Positions 21,183 through 29,788 of a stretch of DNA of 64,000 bases are shown here, in pieces. Under the pieces are notes generated by a model. The model did not search any database. It worked only from the letters and a program-made list of their open reading frames with translations, and had not been told where the DNA came from. How positions within the stretch are numbered: the first letter of the stretch is position 1; each line of letters begins with the position of its first letter. The position numbers and the translations under genes were made by a program. This DNA comes from Steroidobacteraceae bacterium (GTDB lineage Bacteria; Pseudomonadota; Gammaproteobacteria; Steroidobacterales; Steroidobacteraceae): assembly GCA_035534275.1 (NCBI GenBank), contig DATLSG010000016.1, positions 9,380 to 73,379 of the forward strand, read 5' to 3'.

Positions 21183-23075
21183 TCAGTGCAGCAGGCCGAA
21201 GACGGCGACACTGTTCGTGGTGCCGACGAATACCTTGCCGTCGGCCACGGTCGGTGTGATGAATTTGTTGCCGGCACCGAAATGATCGCGGTCGTTGGGC
21301 GCTTGATTGCTGTTGTAGAGTTCATGCGCGAGATTGCCGGCATCGTAGGCGTGCAGCACGGCGGGGTCGCCGTTCTCGTGCGCCCAGACGATGCCGTTCG
21401 CCGTGCCGTTCGCCGACACGCTGGGTGCGGTGCCGGGATATCCGAACTGAGTCGGACTTTGCGACTGCGGGCTGACGGCGAGCTGCGCATTGCTGAACGT
21501 GAAGGCCTTGAGCGGCGCGTACTGCGCGCCGTAATAGACGGTGCCGTTGAAGTAAGCCGGAGTGGACCAGATCCCGGATTGTAGCGCGCCCGTCAGCTGC
21601 TGCCAGATCGCGTTGCTCGACGGATTGAATTTGCCCATCGAATCGCGATCGACCACATACAAATTGCCGTCTTTGCCGGCGCCAACCAGCAGATGCCGCA
21701 CCGTGCCGGTGGCGTCGCTGAAATCCGGCAACAGCATCGCGCCGCCTGAGCCGAGATCCACATCCGACGCCGATTCGGCGACCTCATTGTCGACCGTGAA
21801 ATAGTCCGTGATCTGCAGACCGCCACCGGCAGTAGAGATCTTCAGAAAGGAATTGCCGTAATCCTGCTTGCTCGGAAAGCCATTGGCATCCATCGTCGTA
21901 TCGAACGGGCCGTTCGCCGTCAGCAGGTACAGGTTGCCGGCGGCGTCCGCCGCCGGGCCGCCGCCGCTCATCCAGATCGCGGGTCCCCTGCTGCCGCCGT
22001 TCGGTCCGACGTTGAGGACCGCGCTGCGCGCCAGCGTGCTTTGCGAATAGGCGATGATCCAGCCGCTATACGGCGCGTAGTCGCAATGCGAAGACCAACT
22101 CGTATACAGGGTGCCCCCCAACAGCAGCAAAGCCGCGCGCTCCTCGTATTGTCCGGCGTCGAAAACCGTCGTTCCGCCGCCGAGCGTCGGATAGGTCGCC
22201 GCGATTTCGGTCGGGCCGCCCGGCCGTTCGGCTCCGGTCGTGAGATCCAGTGCGTACAGGCGTTGATGATAAGTGGACGAACTGTCCTTGGACATCGCGA
22301 CCACGTAGATTTCACCGTCCGCACCGGCGTGTCGGTCGATGACCGGTGTCGACGTAATGCCGATCTCGGGAACCACCTGGCTGCAGCCGTGCGCGTCGCT
22401 GGTCGTTTCGCCCGGCTCAAGCAGAGAGACCTGCCAGAGCACTGCGCCAGTGTCCGCATCAAAGGCATAGACGGAATCGTGCTCCGTCGCAACGAACAGC
22501 GTATTGTGAATGGCCCCGCCGATCGAAAAGTGCGAGAGATAAAGTGGCTGGGCGTCGACCTTGCCGTCCACCGGCAGGATGCGCAGCAGGCCGAAACTGG
22601 CCGCGTTGACGTTGCTTGGCGTGAGCGTCGACTCCGTGAGATCCGCCCCGCTTCGATACAGATCGTTTTTGTACGTAACGACATCGGTCATCGTTGTCGT
22701 CGTGCCGCTCGTCACGCTGAGCATTGCGACGTCGCTGGTCACTTGTCCCGCCGCATTGCCCACGATCACGCGAAAGGCTGCGCCATCATCGCCCAAGGTC
22801 GTCGCGGGCGTCGTGTAGCTCACGGACGTCGCCGCCGCGATCGCCGCACCGTTCTTCTCCCATTGATAGTCGAGCGGCCCCGTTCCCGTTGCCGCCACCG
22901 TGAACGTCGCGGATTGTCCGACGACCACCGTCTGTGCGGATGGTTGAACAGTGATGCTCGGCGTCGAGGGTGCCGGCCCGGGCGCGGGGACCGCGTTCAT
23001 GCCGGAATTCCCGCCGCCGCATGCGGCGAGCATCAGCGGCAATAGCAGCACCGGGCCCGAACGCAATGGCCTCAT
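21183..23075 (-). CDS. lipoprotein with an N-terminal Ig-like domain and a PQQ-like beta-propeller
   Basis: Lipobox LLPLMLAAC-GG. Ig-like segment ITVQPSAQTVVVGQSATFTVAATGTGPLDYQWEKNG. Repeated beta-propeller-like blocks follow (e.g. DSVYAFDADTGAVLW, LYALDLTTG). ATG at 23075; a GTG lies at 23087. Confidence 0.55.
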   Translation of the reverse strand: MRPLRSGPVLLLPLMLAACGGGNSGMNAVPAPGPAPSTPSITVQPSAQTVVVGQSATFTVAATGTGPLDYQWEKNGAAIAAATSVSYTTPATTLGDDGAAFRVIVGNAAGQVTSDVAMLSVTSGTTTTMTDVVTYKNDLYRSGADLTESTLTPSNVNAASFGLLRILPVDGKVDAQPLYLSHFSIGGAIHNTLFVATEHDSVYAFDADTGAVLWQVSLLEPGETTSDAHGCSQVVPEIGITSTPVIDRHAGADGEIYVVAMSKDSSSTYHQRLYALDLTTGAERPGGPTEIAATYPTLGGGTTVFDAGQYEERAALLLLGGTLYTSWSSHCDYAPYSGWIIAYSQSTLARSAVLNVGPNGGSRGPAIWMSGGGPAADAAGNLYLLTANGPFDTTMDANGFPSKQDYGNSFLKISTAGGGLQITDYFTVDNEVAESASDVDLGSGGAMLLPDFSDATGTVRHLLVGAGKDGNLYVVDRDSMGKFNPSSNAIWQQLTGALQSGIWSTPAYFNGTVYYGAQYAPLKAFTFSNAQLAVSPQSQSPTQFGYPGTAPSVSANGTANGIVWAHENGDPAVLHAYDAGNLAHELYNSNQAPNDRDHFGAGNKFITPTVADGKVFVGTTNSVAVFGLLH

Positions 23076-23381
23076 GACCCGCGGCACCGGTCCGACGCAT
23101 CCCGCGACACATGGCGGCGTTCATCTTCCGCGTTGCGATCTTGCATCTCTTCGCCCCTCGGAAATCATGCCGATCCGCCTGCATCGCGCGCGACACCCAG
23201 GCATGCGCCTCGTACGTCGCGCCTTTGGTCGAGGTTCGTGCTCCGAAGAACTCAGTTTGCCCCTTCTCGCCGGGGTTGGGCAACTGACCGGCCGCGTTTG
23301 CGCGCCGCATCGGCCGCCCGTTCTGCCAGCCGACCAATACGCGGTGCAGGCCCGACCATTGGCCCGCGGGGGCGACCGGGG

Positions 23382-25481
23382 TTATTCGGACGCCGGTATC
23401 GTGATCATCGCGATCGTTCTTTGGCCGAGCAGCGCGCCGGGGCCTGGGTCGTTGATTTTCACGTAGAATCGCGTCGGTTCGAGCCGTGTGGGATCTGAAA
23501 CGATTGGAATGAACAGGCTAAGGGTGCGTCTGCCCGCCTTGATGTGCGCAATGCGGGCAGCGAATCCCGTGAAGTCCTTTCCGGCAGCCGCCGTTCCAGG
23601 TTCGGTTCGCCACATGAAACTCACCGTGCGGCGCCAATTGCCGCTTCGCCGGATCACAATCTGAGCAAATGCGCCGCCCCGTGCAACCTGAATCAGATTG
23701 GCCGTCAACTCAATGCGCGCGAGCGCCGCACGGCCAGTCAGAACGCCGCGCCTGGGGCCGCGTGCGCGAGCGCCGAGGTGCGCCTTCGTTTCGATGGTCG
23801 CAACCGGCCGGCCGGCACTGCGGCCGCCGTCGCGCGGATCTCGCCCATTCTCGAGGCGGTTCGCGGACACCATGTCGCCATGGACCGGCGCCAGGTGCAC
23901 AGTGATGTGGTCGGGCGCATGATTGCCTGAGGCGGTGGATCGGAGCAATTCGTGCCACGCGCGCACGATCACTTGATGGGAGCGTGCGACATCCCGGCCC
24001 AAGCTGGTATGCATAGCCGCCGCGGACGGGACGATCGGTCCGTTGGCATTTGTCATCCATACGCCGCCCGCGGTCAACAGAATCAGCGCCGCCGAGAGGG
24101 CCACCAGGAGCCCCGGCATACGCCGGCGTGGCGGCACCGTCAGCAGCGCGGACAGCTTCGGCAAGGGCCGCATTGCCGTGGTTGAAGCGAGCCGATGCAC
24201 CCACTCCGCGACATCCGAAGGGCGACGGTCGCGCCGCCAATCGAGCCCTTCCCGCAGCGCACTCCATTGGTCTGCGGTCAGTTCGGCGGGGCGGACTGGA
24301 CTCCACAGGGCGGCACGCGCTTCGATCGCGGTGCGGTTAGCGAAAGGATGCTTTCCCGAGAACAAAAAATACGCGACACAGGCCAATGCGAAGACGTCGT
24401 CGCGCGTGTCTGGCGTCCGGCCTTCGAAGACCTCGCAGCTTGCATAGCTCGGCGCTGCTATGAAATTCGAGGCTGCCGGAACCAATCCGGACGTCGATGC
24501 GGCGCCCATCACTCGATGGGCGGCGCCGAAGTCCAAAACACGCACCTCGCCGTTGCCGGTGAGAAAGATGTTTTCTGGATTGATGTCGCCGTGCGCGATG
24601 CCGCGCGAATGAGCGTGCGCAAGCGCGGCACCGACATCCCGAATGACTGTGTGGGCGTGCGCTCTATCCAGTGCCGTGCCGTTGCGCGCGCTCAAGATTC
24701 GGCCCAACGGGGCTCCCGTGAGCAATTCCATGGTAAAGAACGCCGTATCGCCATCGCGGTCGAATTCATGGACGCGCACAATGTTTGGGTGGGAAAGCGA
24801 TCGCAAATGCACGAACTCGGTCAACAATTCACTGATCAATTGCGCGCGTCGGGCGACCTCGCAATGCAAGATCTTGATGGCCAATCGTCGACCGTCTTCA
24901 TCGACGCCGACCAGATATTGATCGATGGCCTCCCATATCGTGCCCGTACCACCGCGCCCGACGATCGCCAGCAGGCGGTAGCGGCCGCGCAGGACGTCCC
25001 CAGGGGCCAAGTCCCCTGCGATCTCGTCCACGTTTGCGGGGGCCCCCGCGGGGGAATCAGGCGCGGATTGCTCGGCCGGGGCCGGTCGTGGCGCCGGTAT
25101 CTCCAACGGCGCGTCGATCTGCACCGCGGGCGCTCGACCGGCGCGTTGCAGCAGCGGCACACTGATGCAACTGCTTTGCTGTCCGCGTACCAGGAGAGCG
25201 CCCAAATACGATTCGGCTTGCTGATACACCGCGTGGCGTATTCTTCCGAGTCGGTAGTACTGGTCGATCACCGACAAGATCTCGCAGGTCTCCTCCGGGG
25301 TGGATTTCACCAATGCGCGCACTTCTCGCAGAAAGGCGTGCGGATCGTTGAAGTCGGCGACCAATGCGTCGATGCGCGCCCGCATTGTGGGCGACGATTC
25401 AGCCGTCGAAGGAATCGGATTGCCGGGGTTGGCCGCTGCGCTCATCTTTGCATAGTTACGCAACAGGGCGCGTGGCGCCAT
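23382..25481 (-). CDS. transmembrane Ser/Thr protein kinase with an extracytoplasmic Calx-beta-like domain
   Basis: Kinase motifs GRGGTGTIWEA, AIKIL, HGDINPENIF and DFGAA. One TM segment LLVALSAALILLTAGGVWM. C-terminal FMWRTEPGTAAAGKDFTGF... fits a Calx-beta pattern. Confidence 0.8.
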   Translation of the reverse strand: MAPRALLRNYAKMSAAANPGNPIPSTAESSPTMRARIDALVADFNDPHAFLREVRALVKSTPEETCEILSVIDQYYRLGRIRHAVYQQAESYLGALLVRGQQSSCISVPLLQRAGRAPAVQIDAPLEIPAPRPAPAEQSAPDSPAGAPANVDEIAGDLAPGDVLRGRYRLLAIVGRGGTGTIWEAIDQYLVGVDEDGRRLAIKILHCEVARRAQLISELLTEFVHLRSLSHPNIVRVHEFDRDGDTAFFTMELLTGAPLGRILSARNGTALDRAHAHTVIRDVGAALAHAHSRGIAHGDINPENIFLTGNGEVRVLDFGAAHRVMGAASTSGLVPAASNFIAAPSYASCEVFEGRTPDTRDDVFALACVAYFLFSGKHPFANRTAIEARAALWSPVRPAELTADQWSALREGLDWRRDRRPSDVAEWVHRLASTTAMRPLPKLSALLTVPPRRRMPGLLVALSAALILLTAGGVWMTNANGPIVPSAAAMHTSLGRDVARSHQVIVRAWHELLRSTASGNHAPDHITVHLAPVHGDMVSANRLENGRDPRDGGRSAGRPVATIETKAHLGARARGPRRGVLTGRAALARIELTANLIQVARGGAFAQIVIRRSGNWRRTVSFMWRTEPGTAAAGKDFTGFAARIAHIKAGRRTLSLFIPIVSDPTRLEPTRFYVKINDPGPGALLGQRTIAMITIPASE

Positions 25482-25868
25482 ACCTATTTGACCACTCGAG
25501 GCGGCGGCGGGTGCGATCCCGTAATCGTGTCGCCTGATTCCGCCGCCCGGCGGCGTTCACATGCGCCGTATTCCCCCATTCAACCGGCCGGTCGTTCATC
25601 ATGTGCGCGCTTTACAGTGTCGAGGGCGATTCCGGACAAGCCCATCGTCCCCAGGACGAGGGCATCGGGGCATTGTTGGTCGCAGCGCCGGGCTGGTCTG
25701 TGCGGCAGCAAACATCGCCCGAGGGAACGTCCCGAGGGCTACCGGTTCGCCGTCAATTCGTCGCCGATCGCGCCGAACGCCAGGATGCGGGGTCGAGTTG
25801 CGCCTCCGACGCGCTTCGATCGCTCTTTTACGTGCGGGGCTGATCGACGGCGATGACCACTGCCTCGG

Positions 25869-26150
25869 CTAATTCGGCGGATTGCTCGATTGACCGTCGC
25901 GCGATTCGCCCTGGTGAGCCATCTGCACCTGCCTCTGCCGCATCTTCATTTCCCGCTTGCATTCCATTCTCATATGGCTCATTGACTCGCGGCCATTCTT
26001 CGCCTTCTGATGCTCCATGCAATGACTCATCATGTGGCGTTTCTGCATCATCGTCATGTGCGTCGCCGTCATGTTGGAATCACCGGCCACGGCGTAGCTG
26101 GCGAACGCCACCACGCCTGCCAATATCATCACAGCGGATCTATGGTTCAT
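25869..26150 (-). CDS. small secreted Met/His-rich protein (possible metal binding)
   Basis: 93 aa. Signal peptide MNHRSAVMILAGVVAFASYAVAG. The mature part is rich in M/H/K/R (THMTMMQKRHMMSHCMEHQ...SMSHMRMECKREMKM). GGAG lies 6 nt upstream of the ATG at 26150. Confidence 0.5.
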   Translation of the reverse strand: MNHRSAVMILAGVVAFASYAVAGDSNMTATHMTMMQKRHMMSHCMEHQKAKNGRESMSHMRMECKREMKMRQRQVQMAHQGESRDGQSSNPPN

Positions 26151-26364
26151 CGATATCTCCTGGTTGGCCTCTCGCGAAGCGCTCGTGCATCTTGGTCTTT
26201 GACTGCGTTGCAGGGTCGCGCGCCAGCGGACGCCGTGTCTGTGCTTTACCAGACATAGATCGGTATGCCGTAACCGCCGCCACGTGCAGGTCGAGTCGGG
26301 CGACATGCGGTGGACGGCGCCACGCAACAGCGGCCGGCCACGGTTATGAGACAGTGGCGATATG

Positions 26365-26706
26365 TTACGGAGCTTCTTCGGAATCCGGATGGATCACGCC
26401 AAATTGCGCTGGAACGCTGGCATAGAAGAGTCGAATTCGCTCACCCTGGATCAATTTCAGGAGCTTTTCGGCTTCTTCGCCCGTCACGATGAATTCCACC
26501 TCGATTGCCAGCGTGCCGGCAAGCTCGAAGAATTTCGCCTCGTGCACGCGATGGTGGCGCCCGAAGCCGGCCATGGCCTTGAACGCCGAACCGCCGCGAA
26601 CGCCTAGCTTATTGGCCTGAACCAGCAACCATTCCCAGGCCGGATATCCGTGGATGCGCTCGTCCTCATGCACGTAGAAGCGCAAATAGGAACCTTCCAT
26701 TGCCAT
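26365..26706 (-). CDS. DUF190 (PII-like) protein, a family commonly linked to crcB
   Basis: 113 aa. YLRFYVHEDERIHGYPAWEWLLVQANKLGVRGGSAFKAMAGFGRHHRVHE is a typical DUF190 core. Confidence 0.8.
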   Translation of the reverse strand: MAMEGSYLRFYVHEDERIHGYPAWEWLLVQANKLGVRGGSAFKAMAGFGRHHRVHEAKFFELAGTLAIEVEFIVTGEEAEKLLKLIQGERIRLFYASVPAQFGVIHPDSEEAP

Positions 26707-26980
26707 TCCCCCCTGTCTGAAGGACCGCTCGTCGACGCACCGCGATTCTGATCCAGGCGACGGTGCCGATGCCAGCGAAAAACACCAGCACCGATCCCGG
26801 CAAATGAATCGGGGCTTGCGCGACGATCCACAGGTGGCGGCCCAATTGCTGCAAGCCGACCGGTTCGACCGAGAAGGTCGAGAAGGCGGTCAGTCCGCTG
26901 CAAAAACCGGCGATCGCCAGCCAGCGGCAGTGCACCGCCAATGCCGGGAACGCGGCAAAGACGGCGACGATGACGCTCAA
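26666..26980 (-). CDS. crcB: CrcB/Fluc fluoride channel homologue, apparently lacking TM1 and most of TM2
   Basis: The Phe-box motif GFCSGLTAFSTFS (canonical GFxGGLTTFSTFS) sits only about 26 aa from the ORF start. TTG start overlaps the upstream stop (TTGA). The upstream sequence in this frame is charged and not TM-like. Confidence 0.7.
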   Translation of the reverse strand: MSVIVAVFAAFPALAVHCRWLAIAGFCSGLTAFSTFSVEPVGLQQLGRHLWIVAQAPIHLPGSVLVFFAGIGTVAWIRIAVRRRAVLQTGGNGNGRFLFALLRA

Positions 26981-28959
26981 CGCAAGCTCAGCGCGAGGAT
27001 GCCGATCAGCAGTGCGCCGATCATCGCCAAATAAAAGTTCAGATCGCCAGACTGCAGGGCGCCCAACCTGCGGGCGAGGCGCGACACTCCGCGCCGGATC
27101 GGCGTGAACACCAGCGGTCCGAAGACATCGGCGACGTCATGATTCAACTCGACCTTGCGGATGAAGTAGACGACCGTGCGGTGTTCGCGCGCGGTATCGA
27201 GTGTCGGGCGGTAGATGAAACTGTAGAACGTGCGCATCGCATTCGCGAACGTGAGCGACGTGGTCGCGGCGCGGTGCGCCTCTTCCCGCATTCCGCCGTA
27301 CCACACCCGCGCGCTGCGTACGGCGTGCCGCCGCAAATTGAGCAGCAGCAGCAGCGGCAGGATTGCCAGCAGCGGCGTGACCAGGATCAGTTTCGTCGGC
27401 GAGATGAACGCAAACGTATCGGTCAGCGGTACGAGCAGCCAGCCATGCGACATGGCACGCGCGCTGTGGGCGCCGAATTGCCGGAAGGTCGCCGCGTCGA
27501 GCGCGCCGAGCCAACGGGGCAAGCCCACGGCGGTGGCCGCCACGGCGAGCCCGAGGACTAAGGCGGCAAAGCCGTGACGAGCGCCGATGCGCGGTGCATC
27601 GCTCGGATCGGATGCGCCGAGCAGACCGATGCCGAACGCTTTGACGAAGGTCGCGAGCGCGACCGCGGCGGTGAGCGCGATGCCCGCACCGGCCAGGGCG
27701 AGCGTCACGCGACCGGCCACAGTGGTCAACTGGAAACCCTGAAACAGGGTCTGGAATGTGAACCACTCGGTGACGAAGCCGATCTGGGGCGGCATCGCCG
27801 CGAGACTCATGGCGGCGAAGAGGGCGCCGATCCCGAAGCCCCAGGGGGCCCGACGCAGCCAGCCGCGCTGTGCAATCCGGTAGCTGCCGCCCGCGGTAAA
27901 AACGCCGTCCGCGCAGACAAACAGGCCGCCCTTGGCGAGTGCGTGCCCGGCGAGGTGGAGCATGGCCACGGTCCAGGCGAGGCCCGCCAGCAGCCCTTGC
28001 CCGTCGGCGCGAAATATCAGGCACGCACCGAGTGCGGTCACGGCAATTCCGGCGTTCTCCGCGGAAGAAAAGGCCAGAAGACGGCGCCAGTCGTCCTGTT
28101 GCAAGGCGTAGAGGACCGCAAGAACCGCGGATAGCGCGCCCGCCGCCGTCACCAGGACGCCGAGAGTGAAGATCCCCGCGCCGTTGCCTGGAAGCCAATT
28201 GACCAGGCCGCGCGACAGCGCGAAGAATGCGGCATTCAGCACGACTCCCGATAAGATCGCGCCCGACGCGCCGCTGCCGGTCGCGTAGGCTCCCGGAAAC
28301 CACTCATAGAAGGGCAGCAAGCCGAGTTTTGCGCCGAAACCGATCAGCAGCAGGACGCCGATCCACACTTGCGCTCCCGCCGAAAGAGACGGCGCGACAG
28401 ACTTAAACCCGTCGAATGCGAGGCTGCCGCCGGCGTGACGCGCGAGCAGCAGCAACGCGAGCAGGATCGCGACCGCTCCCACCTCCAATAGCGCGAGCAT
28501 GAACATGGCGCTGGGCCCGGGGTGCGATGAGAGGCGTTCGGAGAGAATCATCACGGCGCCGCCGAAGCTCATCAATTCCCACGCGAGCAACAGCGAATAC
28601 CCGTCCTGCAGGCCGAACACGCCGACCGCGCCGAGCATCGACATCGTGGCACCGGCGATCCAACCCGATCGGCGCGTGCACACCGGCGTGTTCACCCACA
28701 CGGCGATTGCCGCCGGCGCCAGTCCGAACCCCATCAGCCACAGCGCACCGCTCGTGTAGTGCAGCTGCACTCGCTGGCCGGCGAGCGCGAACCCCAGCGG
28801 CCACGCCGCTGCGCCCTGCGGCAGGGCAATCACCGCGGCCGCGACTCCAACGGCAGCGCCGAGGCCCGCCAGCCATCGCGCCGGGGTATCGGCGCCGCCC
28901 ATGGCGAGCAACAGTCCGCCGAAAAGCGAAGCGGCGCTTATGGCGATGGCTTCAAGCAT
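26977..28959 (-). CDS. antiporter-like membrane subunit (HyfB/HycC/NuoL-like) of the Ehr-type complex
   Basis: 660 aa and polytopic. Proton-conducting-transporter core (WLPGAYATGSGASGAILSGVVLNAAFF..., AFSSAENAGI, HALAKGGLF). HyfB/HycC-like C-terminus LQSGDLNFYLAMIG. Confidence 0.85.
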   Translation of the reverse strand: MLEAIAISAASLFGGLLLAMGGADTPARWLAGLGAAVGVAAAVIALPQGAAAWPLGFALAGQRVQLHYTSGALWLMGFGLAPAAIAVWVNTPVCTRRSGWIAGATMSMLGAVGVFGLQDGYSLLLAWELMSFGGAVMILSERLSSHPGPSAMFMLALLEVGAVAILLALLLLARHAGGSLAFDGFKSVAPSLSAGAQVWIGVLLLIGFGAKLGLLPFYEWFPGAYATGSGASGAILSGVVLNAAFFALSRGLVNWLPGNGAGIFTLGVLVTAAGALSAVLAVLYALQQDDWRRLLAFSSAENAGIAVTALGACLIFRADGQGLLAGLAWTVAMLHLAGHALAKGGLFVCADGVFTAGGSYRIAQRGWLRRAPWGFGIGALFAAMSLAAMPPQIGFVTEWFTFQTLFQGFQLTTVAGRVTLALAGAGIALTAAVALATFVKAFGIGLLGASDPSDAPRIGARHGFAALVLGLAVAATAVGLPRWLGALDAATFRQFGAHSARAMSHGWLLVPLTDTFAFISPTKLILVTPLLAILPLLLLLNLRRHAVRSARVWYGGMREEAHRAATTSLTFANAMRTFYSFIYRPTLDTAREHRTVVYFIRKVELNHDVADVFGPLVFTPIRRGVSRLARRLGALQSGDLNFYLAMIGALLIGILALSLR

Positions 28960-29770
28960 GCGCCTCTCCCGGCGCGATCCGGCCGCCGCGGACGCGTTGC
29001 GGTGCGCGCTCCATGAGGATCAGCAGTGCGTGAATGATCGCGGCCGGGTTCGGCGGGCAGCCGGGCAGATATACATCCACCGGCAATTCACCGTCGAGTC
29101 CCCGGCCGCAGGCGTAGCCGCCGCCGTTCGTCCCGCCCGAGACCGCGCAGGTGCCGACCGCCATCACGAAGCGCGGTTCCGGCATCGCTGCGTACGTCTC
29201 ACTCAGCGGTCCGCGCATCGCGTAGGTCACGGGGCCGGTGACCAGCAGCAGGTCGGCGAAGCGCGGTGACGCGGTGAAGAAGACGCCCAGGCGGTGCAGG
29301 TTGTAGTACGGATTATTGAGCGCCTGCAATTCCGATTCGCAGCCGTTACAGGAACCGGCGTCGACGTGCCGTACGTGCAGGCTGCGGCCGAAAACACGCC
29401 GAATGCCGGACCTCAATGCCTCGCCGGCAGGCGATTCCACCGCTTCGTTCCACAGAAGATCTTCCCGCCGACGCACGCCGAACGCCCAGTCCGCGGAGCT
29501 CGTCAGCGCGCCGGTCGGGCAGACCTCGACGCACAACTGACAGGCCACGCAGCGCCCGTAGTCGAGCGCCACGCGCAAGGGCGATGCCGATTCGGTCAGC
29601 GTAATCGCCTGCGGCAGGCAGGCGTCGGCACAGCGCCGGCAGCCCTCTTCGCATTTGCTCGCCTCGAGGCGCGGCATGCCGAGTACTCCTTGCTGCCCGT
29701 CCGGGCCAGATCGAGGCCACGCAGTGCTCACCTTGCCTTGGGTCAAACCGAACAGCGTCCACAGGGGCAT
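28952..29770 (-). CDS. fused 2x[4Fe-4S] ferredoxin (HycF/NuoI-like) and NuoB/HycG-like small subunit
   Basis: N-terminal CEEGCRRCADAC and CVACQLCVEVCP. C-terminal part has VDAGSCNGCE, GTCAVSGG and LPGCPPNP, which are the four proximal-cluster cysteines. GGAGG lies upstream of the ATG at 29770. Confidence 0.85.
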   Translation of the reverse strand: MPLWTLFGLTQGKVSTAWPRSGPDGQQGVLGMPRLEASKCEEGCRRCADACLPQAITLTESASPLRVALDYGRCVACQLCVEVCPTGALTSSADWAFGVRRREDLLWNEAVESPAGEALRSGIRRVFGRSLHVRHVDAGSCNGCESELQALNNPYYNLHRLGVFFTASPRFADLLLVTGPVTYAMRGPLSETYAAMPEPRFVMAVGTCAVSGGTNGGGYACGRGLDGELPVDVYLPGCPPNPAAIIHALLILMERAPQRVRGGRIAPGEAHA

Positions 29771-29788
29771 GGCAATACCTCCGCTCGT

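Noticed and set aside
25482-25868. 387-nt gap between the Met/His-rich ORF and the kinase gene, scanned for a small gene or RNA element
   Set aside because: All frames give short, low-complexity translations with stops. No recognisable RNA motif or repeat was seen.
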